In this document: in pieces, positions 1 through 7,955 of the stretch
Numbering within the stretch: position 1 is the first letter of the stretch
How the letters are laid out: each line of letters begins with the position of its first letter
DNA from: a virus
Lineage: Duplodnaviria; Caudoviricetes
DNA length: 64,000 bases
Virus record (IMG/VR): IMGVR_UViG_3300021256_000066
Location: 65,507 to 129,506 of that record
Reading direction: 5' to 3' (one strand)
Notes under the pieces: generated by a model
Database searches by the model: none
Told to the model about the DNA's origin: nothing
Seen by the model: the letters and a program-made list of their open reading frames with translations, nothing else
Translations under genes and position numbers: made by a program

Positions 1-1
1 A

Positions 2-796
2 GTATTGGCAATCGTAAATCAGAAAGGTGGTGTAGGCAAGACCACCACCGTACAAAGTCTGGCTGTAGCCTTGATGCGACACTGCAAGTCGTTGCACATA
101 CTGGTTATTGACCTTGATCCGCAGGGCGACCTGTCGAAGCTGATGCACTGGGACGCCGAGTTTGGTGACAGACCGACTGTGACGGATGCCCTGGCCGACG
201 AGCGTGGCATGCTGCCTATCTACAAGAGTGACCGAGGTGTGTATTACGTCCCGTCATCGAAGGATCTGCAGAACATCGAGCCGAAGATGATGGACCAGAT
301 GAAGTATATCCACCCCTACCTGCTGCTGCGTCAGCGGCTGTTGGGCAAGATTGAAGACTGCACGGGCGAAGGTATCACAAGCATCCCTGAGTGGTTCGAC
401 TACGTGCTGATAGACTGCTCGCCCGCTCTGTCGATGTGTACCTATAATGCGATGGGTGCTGCCAGTGGCTTGCTTATACCCGTCCAGATGGAGGGTTTGT
501 CGGTAGATGGCATTGGCTCTATCGTGGTGGAGATGGCTCAGATGCAGCAGGGACTGAACCCGCAGTTGCAGTTGCGTGGCTTGTTGCCTGTGATGGTCGA
601 TGCCCGTCCAAACATCGTGAAGGGCTTTATCTCCTACCTGCGCACGGCCTACGGTGACAATGTGACGCAGACCACTATCCCCCGTTCGGTGAAGGTGAAC
701 GAGGCACAGACGAAGAAGCAGGACATCTATGAGTATAAGCAATGGAGCCCTGCGGCTTGCGCCTATGAGAGTCTGGTGAAGGAGTTGTTTGATTGA
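2..796 (+). CDS. parA: ParA/Soj family partition ATPase (5'-truncated by window edge)
   Basis: Deviant Walker A NQKGGVGKTT, IDLDPQG, DYVLIDCSP; reading frame open at position 2. Confidence 0.93.
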   Translation, partial: VLAIVNQKGGVGKTTTVQSLAVALMRHCKSLHILVIDLDPQGDLSKLMHWDAEFGDRPTVTDALADERGMLPIYKSDRGVYYVPSSKDLQNIEPKMMDQMKYIHPYLLLRQRLLGKIEDCTGEGITSIPEWFDYVLIDCSPALSMCTYNAMGAASGLLIPVQMEGLSVDGIGSIVVEMAQMQQGLNPQLQLRGLLPVMVDARPNIVKGFISYLRTAYGDNVTQTTIPRSVKVNEAQTKKQDIYEYKQWSPAACAYESLVKELFD

Positions 797-850
797 TCGA
801 CGGGAAAAGCGATGATGAAGTTGATTGCCTGAATGAAAGAAATGCGCTTT

Positions 851-958
851 TCAAGAAAACAACATTTCTTTCAAGCAATATTTCAACATTTCAAGAAAAC
901 AAGAAATCAAGAAACAAAACTATCAATCAAGTATTCAATCAATTTAAATTGTAATCAA
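851..958. repeat. AT-rich array of (T/A)CAA tetramers at ~8-bp period; candidate centromere (parS/parH-like)
   Basis: TCAA/ACAA/GCAA at 851, 859, 875, 883, 891, 899, 907, 923, 939, 955, between parA and the RHH gene. Confidence 0.5.
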
Positions 959-959
959 T

Positions 960-1343
960 ATGGCAAACAAGAATGAAACCAAGAAAGAAAACCAGTGGGA
1001 CTTCCAGAAGATGCAGGAGTCGCTGGTGAGAGACCACGAGAAGAAGATTACTCAGGGTTTTGAGCATATCAAGAGTGGAAAGAGTGGGGCAGAGTTGTCT
1101 GTGGCTTCGGAGCCCGCACCGCAGGCACCTGTGCCGGGAGTGGCAAACCATCAGGCGCAGGAGGCAAGCAGACCCCATGAGAAGGTACAGGAACCGACGA
1201 AGGGTGTGCAGACGTATATCCCGATGTCGCAGTACATCAGACTGAACAACATCCGTGCCGTGCGCGGTGAGACCATCGGCAACCTCGTGGCGCAGTCGAT
1301 CGCCCTCTGGCTCGATGTGCAGGAGGGGAAGAGCAAGCCATAA
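960..1343 (+). CDS. Small ParG-like centromere-binding protein (C-terminal ribbon-helix-helix)
   Basis: Follows parA; low-complexity N-terminus, then KGVQTYIPMSQYIRLNNIRAVRGETIGNLVAQSIALWL (strand-helix-helix pattern). Confidence 0.6.
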   Translation: MANKNETKKENQWDFQKMQESLVRDHEKKITQGFEHIKSGKSGAELSVASEPAPQAPVPGVANHQAQEASRPHEKVQEPTKGVQTYIPMSQYIRLNNIRAVRGETIGNLVAQSIALWLDVQEGKSKP

Positions 1344-1663
1344 CTCTAAATCGGTTACGCTATGACCGCGACGGAAGTGTACCTAAACTCCCAATCGGTT
1401 ACACTAAACACGGCTGAAAGGCCGATGGGCAGGGAGAATCGGGTGCGCTATAAGTCAAGACAAGACACCATCTTTATACGCTTTATAGAAAAAGAGAGAA
1501 AGCAGAGATTTCATTACATGGTATATTGTCTTACGGAAAACAGAAATGCCGACAAACAAAGGGTTTCAAGGGCGAGAAGTGTAACCAATCGGGAGTTGTG
1601 GTACACCTTTGCGGGAGTTTAGCGACACCCGCAAGTGTAACCAATCGGGAGTATAAGTACACA
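1342..1663. repeat. Iteron-type plasmid origin: ~30-bp repeats AGTGTAACCRATYGGGAGT-N3-4-GTACAC
   Basis: Direct copies at 1578-1607 and 1634-1663; inverted copy at 1376-1405; partial copies at 1342-1361 (inverted) and 1612-1629; directly upstream of rep. Confidence 0.75.
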
Positions 1664-1678
1664 TTTTATATATTATAT

Positions 1679-2944
1679 ATGGCACAACAGACAGACAGAC
1701 AGCAGCAGATGGCACTGGCACAGCAGATGGTGAGTCAGCGGGCTTGGGTGAAGACCCCGTGGAAATATACCACGCTGGGCACGGGGCTCTCGCTGGTGCA
1801 GCAACAGGCATTGCTCATGGTCAGCGAACACCTGCAGGGCTATATCCACAAGTTCTTCGACCTAAAGCTCGACAAGGCGCACGGCAAGCCGAAGTCGCTC
1901 TTTACAGACTACGTGCTGGAACAGGGCATCCCGCCGTTCCGCATCTACCTGCAAGACCTCGGCGTGCAGCCGAACCACTACAAGGAGACGCGGCGGGTGA
2001 TTGAGGAAATCAACCTGAAGGTGGAGCACCCGGAGTTTGACGAGGACGGACGGCCTACGGGCAAGACCACGCTGACCAACGTCTTTTCGCAGTTCGGCTT
2101 TGAGGACACGGGCGACTACTACCACTTTACCGACGATGACGGCAAGCGCCAGCCGGTGATGATGAAGCAGCCGTATATCGATGTCAAGATCAATCCCGAC
2201 GTGGCGATGTGGGCGTTCGATATGTCACAGGGCTACGTGAGCCACCTGAAGATGATTGCACTCTATGCCACCAAGCGGCCTACACCGCGTGTCTATCTGC
2301 TGCTGATGCGCGAACTAAAGCGCGACCAGGCGAGAGCCGACATCCGCATACCGCTGTCGGAGCTGAAGGAATATCTGGGCATCGTGCCATATACCGACCG
2401 CAAGACGGGCGAGGTGATTACTCCCTATCCGATGTTCCGCTCGTTCAGGCAGAAGGTGCTCGATGCCGTGCAGCAGGACTTGCAGCGCATGGCACGGGAG
2501 GTGCCGCCGCAGACCGACATCACCTTCACCTACGACCTGTGCTACCCCGGACGGCGCAAAATGGGCGACCCCGACGCGATACTCTTCCACGTGGAGCGCA
2601 CCAGCCTGGGCATGGCCTACGGCATCGTGGTGAGCAAGGCGCGGTTGCCGGTAGAGCCGGATATGTTCGCCACCGACCCGCAGCAGCAGCCGTATCGTGA
2701 CGCTTTCGGACGGATGATGGCCGAACTGCTCGCCGTGGCTAAGACGGAACAGGCTCGCGAGGTGTTCCAGTCGCTGCGCTTCGAGCACTATGACGAAGCA
2801 AGGCATACCGTGCTGGTGAAACTGACCGACAAGCGGCACTACGACTTCCTGGAGAGTGCCGCCGTGCGTCCGCATTACCTCGCTGCCCTGCGACGGCACT
2901 TCAGCGACGATGCCGTGCCGCTGTATCGGTTGCCGAAGGACTGA
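1679..2944 (+). CDS. repA: Plasmid replication initiator, Rep_3/RepA family
   Basis: LSLVQQQALL...DVKINPDVA...RVYLLL...IPLSELKEYLG...YPMFRSFRQKVLD...DITFTY pattern; ATG 1679 follows an AT-rich leader. Confidence 0.82.
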   Translation: MAQQTDRQQQMALAQQMVSQRAWVKTPWKYTTLGTGLSLVQQQALLMVSEHLQGYIHKFFDLKLDKAHGKPKSLFTDYVLEQGIPPFRIYLQDLGVQPNHYKETRRVIEEINLKVEHPEFDEDGRPTGKTTLTNVFSQFGFEDTGDYYHFTDDDGKRQPVMMKQPYIDVKINPDVAMWAFDMSQGYVSHLKMIALYATKRPTPRVYLLLMRELKRDQARADIRIPLSELKEYLGIVPYTDRKTGEVITPYPMFRSFRQKVLDAVQQDLQRMAREVPPQTDITFTYDLCYPGRRKMGDPDAILFHVERTSLGMAYGIVVSKARLPVEPDMFATDPQQQPYRDAFGRMMAELLAVAKTEQAREVFQSLRFEHYDEARHTVLVKLTDKRHYDFLESAAVRPHYLAALRRHFSDDAVPLYRLPKD

Positions 2945-2963
2945 GGCGCATCATTTTGCGGTG

Positions 2964-3001
2964 GTGACGAAAACTATCCCTCACGGGATGACTTTCGTCA
3001 C
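2964..3001. terminator. Stem-loop after rep (terminator or REP-like hairpin)
   Basis: GTGACGAAA..ATCCC/GGGAT..TTTCGTCAC inverted repeat; no clear U-tract. Confidence 0.4.
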
Positions 3002-3053
3002 GACTCGGCAGAGCTGATGCGGGCATCGCTCTGCGCTCGCTGCTCCGAAAGTT

Positions 3054-3087
3054 GTCCCATTTTTTATTTTCTTAATATTACCTTTGC
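3054..3087 (+). promoter_or_regulatory. Putative late promoter GTCCCA-N19-TACCTTTGC
   Basis: Bacteroidetes -7 element TAnnTTTG at 3079-3086; same upstream GTCCCA as at 54195 and 58611. Confidence 0.55.
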
Positions 3088-3100
3088 CAAAGAAAGATTT

Positions 3101-3838
3101 ATGAAACCGATTTTTGATATGAACAAGACAAAGCAACTATTACGCGACATCGCGGCCATCTGGCGTCGGCGATGGGAACACACGAACTGGACGGCGGCGC
3201 TGACATGGGTCGTGGGCGGCATCCTGACGGCGGCTGCCTACGTGCTGGTCGTGTCGGTCATCATGGGCATGCTCAGTTCGTGCGCCACGAAAAAGGAACT
3301 CCACGAGCATCACCAGCACACCGTCAGTGCCGACACGCTGGCCCAGGAGGCCCGTCACGACAGTCACACCAGCCATACGACCGCCAACATCGACTCGCTC
3401 GTAACGGCCTCCGTCTGGGCGGCGATGCAGGAGTTCGTGGCGCAGGAAAAGAGCATGGAGACCACCACTGAGACGATCACGACCTGGGTGGACTCGCTCG
3501 GAAGGGAGATGCGGCAGGAACAGCGCACCACGCAGCGCGAGCTCTCGCGGCAGGAACAGCAGCGCTGGCAGCAGACCGAGGCACGCTGGCAGAACGAGCT
3601 CCACCAGACGCTGCGGCAGATGGACTCAACGTGGAGCGACCGCATCAGCCGCTTCGAGAGCCACCTGCGCGACTCGCTCAACCACGAACTCAGCAAGCAG
3701 ACCGAGACCAGCGGCGCACCCGCCCTCACGTGGTGGCAGCGAATGTGGCAGTGGCTCAAAGGCATCCTCGCGGGTGTCGCCATCTGTGGCGCCCTCTATC
3801 TTACCCGCCGTTTCTGGCAGCCTCTCATCAAACGGTAA
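3101..3838 (+). CDS. Lipoprotein with C-terminal TM helix; candidate unimolecular spanin
   Basis: Hydrophobic segment ending in lipobox-like LSSC, coiled region, C-terminal WWQRMWQWLKGILAGVAICGALYL. Confidence 0.55.
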   Translation: MKPIFDMNKTKQLLRDIAAIWRRRWEHTNWTAALTWVVGGILTAAAYVLVVSVIMGMLSSCATKKELHEHHQHTVSADTLAQEARHDSHTSHTTANIDSLVTASVWAAMQEFVAQEKSMETTTETITTWVDSLGREMRQEQRTTQRELSRQEQQRWQQTEARWQNELHQTLRQMDSTWSDRISRFESHLRDSLNHELSKQTETSGAPALTWWQRMWQWLKGILAGVAICGALYLTRRFWQPLIKR

Positions 3839-3843
3839 CGGCG

Positions 3844-4080
3844 ATGAATAACATGCACGGACACAGGCGCATCCAGTGGACCGACGAGCAGCTGGACTAC
3901 ATGCGCAAGCACTTCCCGACGGAGCCTGCGTGCGACATCGCCGACGTGCTCGGGTGCAGCAGCGCCACGGTGAGCAACCTCGCACGCAGCATGGGACTGA
4001 AGAAGTCGCCCGACTTCAAGGTGAGTAACTACACGAACCGCTACGTGCAGCGCGGCGGGGTCGTCAGAAAGGTGGAATAA
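3844..4080 (+). CDS. Small HTH DNA-binding protein
   Basis: WTDEQLDYMRKHFP...DIADVLGCSSATVSNLARSMGLKK. Confidence 0.7.
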   Translation: MNNMHGHRRIQWTDEQLDYMRKHFPTEPACDIADVLGCSSATVSNLARSMGLKKSPDFKVSNYTNRYVQRGGVVRKVE

Positions 4081-4115
4081 TCTATACACTTCTTTTGAAT
4101 TTTATATAAGGCGAT

Positions 4116-4445
4116 ATGAAACAGACGACGGAAACAAATTACAAGCATTTCTACACCAAGGGCAACACCGACTACTTCATCACGAAGGAGGGCACGGTGC
4201 TGAGCGCAAGCGACCCTGACAGCGACCCGCAGACGTGGCGCGAGATAGCCACCTATAACGGCAAGGGCTACCGCCGCGTCAGGCTGCAGGGTAAGACGTT
4301 CAAGGTACACCGCCTCGTGGCAGAGGCCTTCGTGCCGAACCCCTACAGCCTGCCAAACGTGCTCCACAAGGACGGCGATCGTGAGAACAATCACTACACC
4401 AACCTGGAGTGGAGCTCACGCCAGAGTAATCATCCACGAGCATGA
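4116..4445 (+). CDS. HNH endonuclease (HNH_3 type)
   Basis: VHRLVAEAFVPNP...VLHKDGDRENNHYTNLEW. Confidence 0.85.
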   Translation: MKQTTETNYKHFYTKGNTDYFITKEGTVLSASDPDSDPQTWREIATYNGKGYRRVRLQGKTFKVHRLVAEAFVPNPYSLPNVLHKDGDRENNHYTNLEWSSRQSNHPRA

Positions 4446-4591
4446 CTGACCGACCGATGATACTGGGGCGGTACAGCCCGAGCCAGAACGGCATAGTGGT
4501 AAGTCCATCGGGGATTGCCCTGTGCCTTGCATGGGGGGGTAACGGGCACGACACCGATAAACCGAAAATACTGATAGAGTATGATATTTAG
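4442..4591 (+). CDS. MTase TRD-like cassette 1 (49 aa; G7 tract 4533-4539; in frame)
   Basis: MTDRPMILGRYSPSQNGIVVSPSGIALCLAWGGNGHDTDKPKILIEYDI; ATGA overlap with the HNH stop. Confidence 0.7.
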   Translation: MTDRPMILGRYSPSQNGIVVSPSGIALCLAWGGNGHDTDKPKILIEYDI

Positions 4592-4769
4592 AGTGACCAA
4601 TACTGCGCAGCCGAAGCCGATACGGGGGGGGCAAATCAGAGCAGTCAACACGACGGGCGACCTGTGTGCCGCCACGCTTACCACGAGATACGATGCCGTC
4701 GGCCCTACGAATATAATTACGCTGGCACACTATCCGATGACCGTAATACTGATAGAGTATGAAATGTAG
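4581..4769 (+). CDS. MTase TRD-like cassette 2 (G8 tract 4624-4631; in frame)
   Basis: ...VNTTGDLCAATLTTRYD...TLAHYPMTVILIEYEM. Confidence 0.72.
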   Translation: MIFRVTNTAQPKPIRGGQIRAVNTTGDLCAATLTTRYDAVGPTNIITLAHYPMTVILIEYEM

Positions 4770-4913
4770 TGGAATAATAAGAATAGGCAACCTCTTCTAC
4801 GACAGTTTCCGCAGTGGATTCGACGGAAACGTTCAGGGCTGTATGGGTGTCACTCAGACGGTCTTGGCTGCCAACGGGGGGGGTATATCTTGGTAGAATA
4901 TGACAACCTATAA
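4759..4913 (+). pseudogene. MTase TRD-like cassette 3, frameshifted at G8 (4876-4883); G9 restores ...QTVLAANGGGYILVEYDNL
   Basis: Manual translation: premature TAG at 4894-4896; the conserved VEY end lies in the shifted frame. Confidence 0.68.
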
Positions 4914-5082
4914 GGCAATCGGCTGGACGCGCAGCGGCAACGGCAGGGGCGATGTGGACCGCTACCACCTCCGCGACATCTCCAACACCATCACCTCGTT
5001 CTGTGGGGGGGGTATTGGGAAGGATTCTGCCACCGGCATGTATAACACCACACCGTATATACTCGTAGAATATGAACTATAA
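4900..5082 (+). CDS. MTase TRD-like cassette 4 (G8 tract 5005-5012; in frame)
   Basis: ...DISNTITSFCGGG...NTTPYILVEYEL. Confidence 0.72.
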   Translation: MTTYKAIGWTRSGNGRGDVDRYHLRDISNTITSFCGGGIGKDSATGMYNTTPYILVEYEL

Positions 5083-5267
5083 CAACTCGCGACTGAACGC
5101 GATGATCATGGGGGGGGCAATGGGAGCCGAACTACCACGGCGAGATGCTCGACACCTACAACCAGCAGGCACACCGCCACACGGCGATCACCATACTGGC
5201 AGGCATATCGTCGCGCAACCACTACTTCGTGTGTGAAGAACGTTTACCATCAAAACTTAGAAAATAT
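5072..5267 (+). pseudogene. MTase TRD-like cassette 5, frameshifted at G8 (5110-5117); G7 fuses it in frame to the MTase core
   Basis: MNYNNSRLNAMIMGG / QWEPNYHGEMLDTYNQ...AITILAGISSRNHYFVCEE continues into the core ORF; current frame stops at 5234-5236. Confidence 0.68.
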
Positions 5268-6740
5268 ATGATTGCAAAAATTTATCCTGACGGGCACCCT
5301 GACTTGCAGGGAAAGAAAGACCCTACGCACCCAGTGCGCTATTTCGACATCCGAAAACTCACTCCACGCGAGTGCTATTCACTGATGGGCGTGCCGCCGC
5401 AGCAGATCGACACGCTGATGAAAACCGAAAAGAGACCATATATGGCATGGGTGGGCGTAGATGCCGAACTGGCTGTGTTTGGACTGGAGCCGAGTGCCAC
5501 GCGCCGCGAGGTGGATGAAGCATATCGCGAGGCTATCGAGAGCCTGAATAACCAGGCAGCTGACGATGCAGACGCACAGGAAGAAACCGACGAAGATACC
5601 GCACGGCTGATGGCAGAGAAGCCCGAAGACAATGCCGAGGAAACCGCGCTGATGCGACAGAACTACGAGATGAACTATCAGCGCATCATCGCTGCCAGTC
5701 AGGAGCAGCGTTACGGTGACGTGCAGATTATTGCCAACTCATCGCATTACAAGCTGGCGGGTAACTCCATCGTCTGCGACGTACTGATGTATATCTACGA
5801 GGAATTGCTCTACCCCACGTACCGCCGACTGCCGCAGGAGCAGACCGACCTATTCGCCCAGCCACAGTTCCGCTTGACCCGAGACTGGAAGAAAGAGCCG
5901 CTGAAGTTGGTAACACTTTGCAGCGGTTACGACAGTCAGGCAATCGCTATGGATATGCTGCAACAGCGATATCCGGACTTCCGATGGGAACTGAAGGCAT
6001 GGAGCGAGTTCGACCCCGAGAGCAGCCGACCATTGGAAGAGCAGCCCGCCATAGTGGCCCATAATCTGCTGTTCCCACAATACAAGGATTTGAACCGGGG
6101 CGACATGACCAAGGCTGATTGGAGCGACCTCGCCGATGCAGGTATCGACCTGCTGACATATAGCACTCCGTGTCAGTCCATCTCACAGGCTGGCAAGCGA
6201 GAGGGTATCAAGAAAGGTAGTGGCACTCGCAGTGCCGTACTTTGGAGTACCGAAGAAGCTGTTCGCCAGATGCGACCGAAGGTGCTGCTGCAGGAGAACG
6301 TGCGGGCGCTTATCAACAGCGTGAACATGCCCGACTTCAAGGAGTGGTGCAGTCTGCTGGAGAGCCACGGCTACGTGAACTTCCTCGCGCCCTCGTTCCC
6401 GACGGTCTGGGGCACCGACAAGCGCGACAAGAAGACCGTGCCGGGCATCCTGAACGCCAAGCACTACGGCGTGCCACAGAACCGCGAAAGGGTGTATATG
6501 GTCTCCGTGCGTGCCGACATGCTCGGCGGCACGCAGTACGAGTTTCCACGTCCTTTCCCGCTCGACAAGTGCATCGCCGACGTGCTGGAGGACAATGTGG
6601 ACGAGCGCTTCTTCCTAAAGCCCGACTCGGTGATCAAGTTCCTCACCGTCAACGAACAGACCGACGGCAGCGACATACACTATATGGTAACGGACCACAA
6701 ACTGAGTGATGAGGAAATCAGACGTGCAAGAGGTGAATAG
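5268..6740 (+). CDS. DNA (cytosine-5) methyltransferase catalytic core, circularly permuted (IX-X-I...VIII), no internal TRD
   Basis: IRKLTPRECYSLMG (IX) and KLAGNSIV (X) precede TLCSGYDSQ (I), YSTPCQSISQAG (IV), QENV (VI) and HYGVPQNRERVY (VIII). Confidence 0.92.
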   Translation: MIAKIYPDGHPDLQGKKDPTHPVRYFDIRKLTPRECYSLMGVPPQQIDTLMKTEKRPYMAWVGVDAELAVFGLEPSATRREVDEAYREAIESLNNQAADDADAQEETDEDTARLMAEKPEDNAEETALMRQNYEMNYQRIIAASQEQRYGDVQIIANSSHYKLAGNSIVCDVLMYIYEELLYPTYRRLPQEQTDLFAQPQFRLTRDWKKEPLKLVTLCSGYDSQAIAMDMLQQRYPDFRWELKAWSEFDPESSRPLEEQPAIVAHNLLFPQYKDLNRGDMTKADWSDLADAGIDLLTYSTPCQSISQAGKREGIKKGSGTRSAVLWSTEEAVRQMRPKVLLQENVRALINSVNMPDFKEWCSLLESHGYVNFLAPSFPTVWGTDKRDKKTVPGILNAKHYGVPQNRERVYMVSVRADMLGGTQYEFPRPFPLDKCIADVLEDNVDERFFLKPDSVIKFLTVNEQTDGSDIHYMVTDHKLSDEEIRRARGE

Positions 6741-6872
6741 GGGGGGCAAATCGGCGGTTGCTACTGGAAACAGAAGGACGGCTATGTGCGCCGTCCGCTC
6801 TGGGGACTGTCCCGCACGCTGAAAGGCGATGGCAATCATCCTGCAGGAATAATCATTGAGTATGAATTATGA
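6733..6872 (+). pseudogene. MTase TRD-like cassette 6; G7 tract (6740-6746) out of frame with GTG 6733, but body is in frame with the core across its TAG
   Basis: GGQIGGCYWKQKDGYVRRPLWGLSRTLKGDGNHPAGIIIEYEL. Confidence 0.62.
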
Positions 6873-7003
6873 AACAGACACCGAGAGCGTGCATCTACTA
6901 CAACTTGTCGCTGATGTATAACGACGGCATGAAGTGGGACTTGGTGGCCAAGACGGTCATCGGCGACACGCATCCACAAGCGCTATTGATAGAGTATGAG
7001 TAG
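6869..7003 (+). CDS. MTase TRD-like cassette 7 (44 aa; no homopolymer)
   Basis: MKQTPRACIYYNLSLMYNDGMKWDLVAKTVIGDTHPQALLIEYE. Confidence 0.65.
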   Translation: MKQTPRACIYYNLSLMYNDGMKWDLVAKTVIGDTHPQALLIEYE

Positions 7004-7196
7004 CATTACCCCCCCCATATTGCGGCAAGTCCCTGTTCGGCGAGTGCGGACGGAGTGGGCAAAAGCCGTCAGGCGGCAGACTGGTACCAACCCTTTTCAG
7101 GCCAAGCAACTGGAGGAGTTTGTGTCGGACTACATGCCTACCATCACCGCCAGCGCAAACATCGAGAACTATATCAAAGTAGAATATGAAATATAG
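6996..7196 (+). CDS. MTase TRD-like cassette 8 (C8 tract 7009-7016; in frame)
   Basis: ...RVRTEWAKAVRR...MPTITASANIENYIKVEYEI. Confidence 0.7.
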   Translation: MSSITPPILRQVPVRRVRTEWAKAVRRQTGTNPFQAKQLEEFVSDYMPTITASANIENYIKVEYEI

Positions 7197-7358
7197 AATA
7201 CAGACAACAAGCACCATGCCGATATACGAAGGCCACCTGGTAAAACCCGGATGGCACCACAAGGCTTGTGAGGTGCTGAATGTGGGGGGGTATCGACATG
7301 TATTCACACCCAGAGCAACAATCTGCTTCAAAAAATCATCATAGAGTATGAGTTATGA
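7186..7358 (+). pseudogene. MTase TRD-like cassette 9, frameshifted at G7 (7284-7290); G8 restores ...NVGGVSTCIHTQSNNLLQKIIIEYEL
   Basis: Manual translation; current frame stops at TAG 7342-7344 inside the junction motif. Confidence 0.68.
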
Positions 7359-7518
7359 AACCAATTAGTTATAAACTTGGAGTCCACATCGTAGGTCATC
7401 GCCTGGAGTGGAAAGGTGGGGGGGTATTGAGAGTAATATGTGGAAGAACATCTGCCCTTGCATCCGTATGAACGATTACAAATGTCCAATGAATTGTCTG
7501 ATAGAGTATGACGATTAA
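7355..7518 (+). pseudogene. MTase TRD-like cassette 10, frameshifted at G7 (7418-7424); G8 restores ...ICPCIRMNDYKCPMNCLIEYDD
   Basis: Manual translation. Confidence 0.66.
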
Positions 7519-7656
7519 GACGCGATATATCAACTGCAACTGCGACAATACGGTCAAGTCGATACTGGCCGGATGTTACAAGTTCGGTGCTGCCACTCTG
7601 CTTAGGGGGGGCAAGCCAGTATGACATCGGTATTGTTTGAATATGAATACGATTAA
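7508..7656 (+). pseudogene. MTase TRD-like cassette 11, frameshifted at G7 (7605-7611); G8 restores ...KSILAGCYKFGAATLLRGGQASMTSVLFEYEYD
   Basis: Manual translation; current frame stops at TGA 7622-7624. Confidence 0.66.
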
Positions 7657-7843
7657 ACTGCGACAGACCACATCGGCCACGGCCAAGCCTATACGGGGGG
7701 GGTACTTCCTGCCCGTCAACACAGCATCAGGAGGTGTCGCTTGCACGCTCAACACCCGCTACGACGGCATGCAGCTGCCAGAAGACATCCTCACGCTGGC
7801 CCATTACCCCAAGACCGTCGTGCTCAGAGAGTATCATTTATGA
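7643..7843 (+). CDS. MTase TRD-like cassette 12 (G8 tract 7695-7702; in frame); paralogue of cassette 2
   Basis: KPIRGG...VNTASGGVACTLNTRYD...ILTLAHYPKTVVLREYHL. Confidence 0.72.
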   Translation: MNTIKLRQTTSATAKPIRGGYFLPVNTASGGVACTLNTRYDGMQLPEDILTLAHYPKTVVLREYHL

Positions 7844-7955
7844 AGGACGAATCAACAGCAGTCAGGACGGCATCGTCATCAGCGCCCGAGGCATTGCCCT
7901 CACCCATACCGCTGGTCACGGCAATTGCCCGAAGATATTGATAGAATATGAGTGA
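7833..7955 (+). pseudogene. MTase TRD-like cassette 13; ATC at the position where other cassettes have ATG; paralogue of cassette 1
   Basis: (I)IYEGRINSSQDGIVISARGIALTHTAGHGNCPKILIEYE. Confidence 0.6.

Noticed and set aside
1526-1678. N-terminal extension of Rep, and ORF 1362-1622
   Set aside because: Both overlap the iterons; ATG 1679 with an AT-rich leader is the more plausible start.
4116-4445. Cognate restriction endonuclease for the MTase
   Set aside because: It is a short HNH_3 homing-type protein common in phages; translational coupling to cassette 1 is the only link.
6738-6746. Genome-wide TAG recoding (genetic code 15)
   Set aside because: Long ORFs are intact in the standard code, and several genes end in TAG shortly before the next start (e.g. 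13251, 35859).
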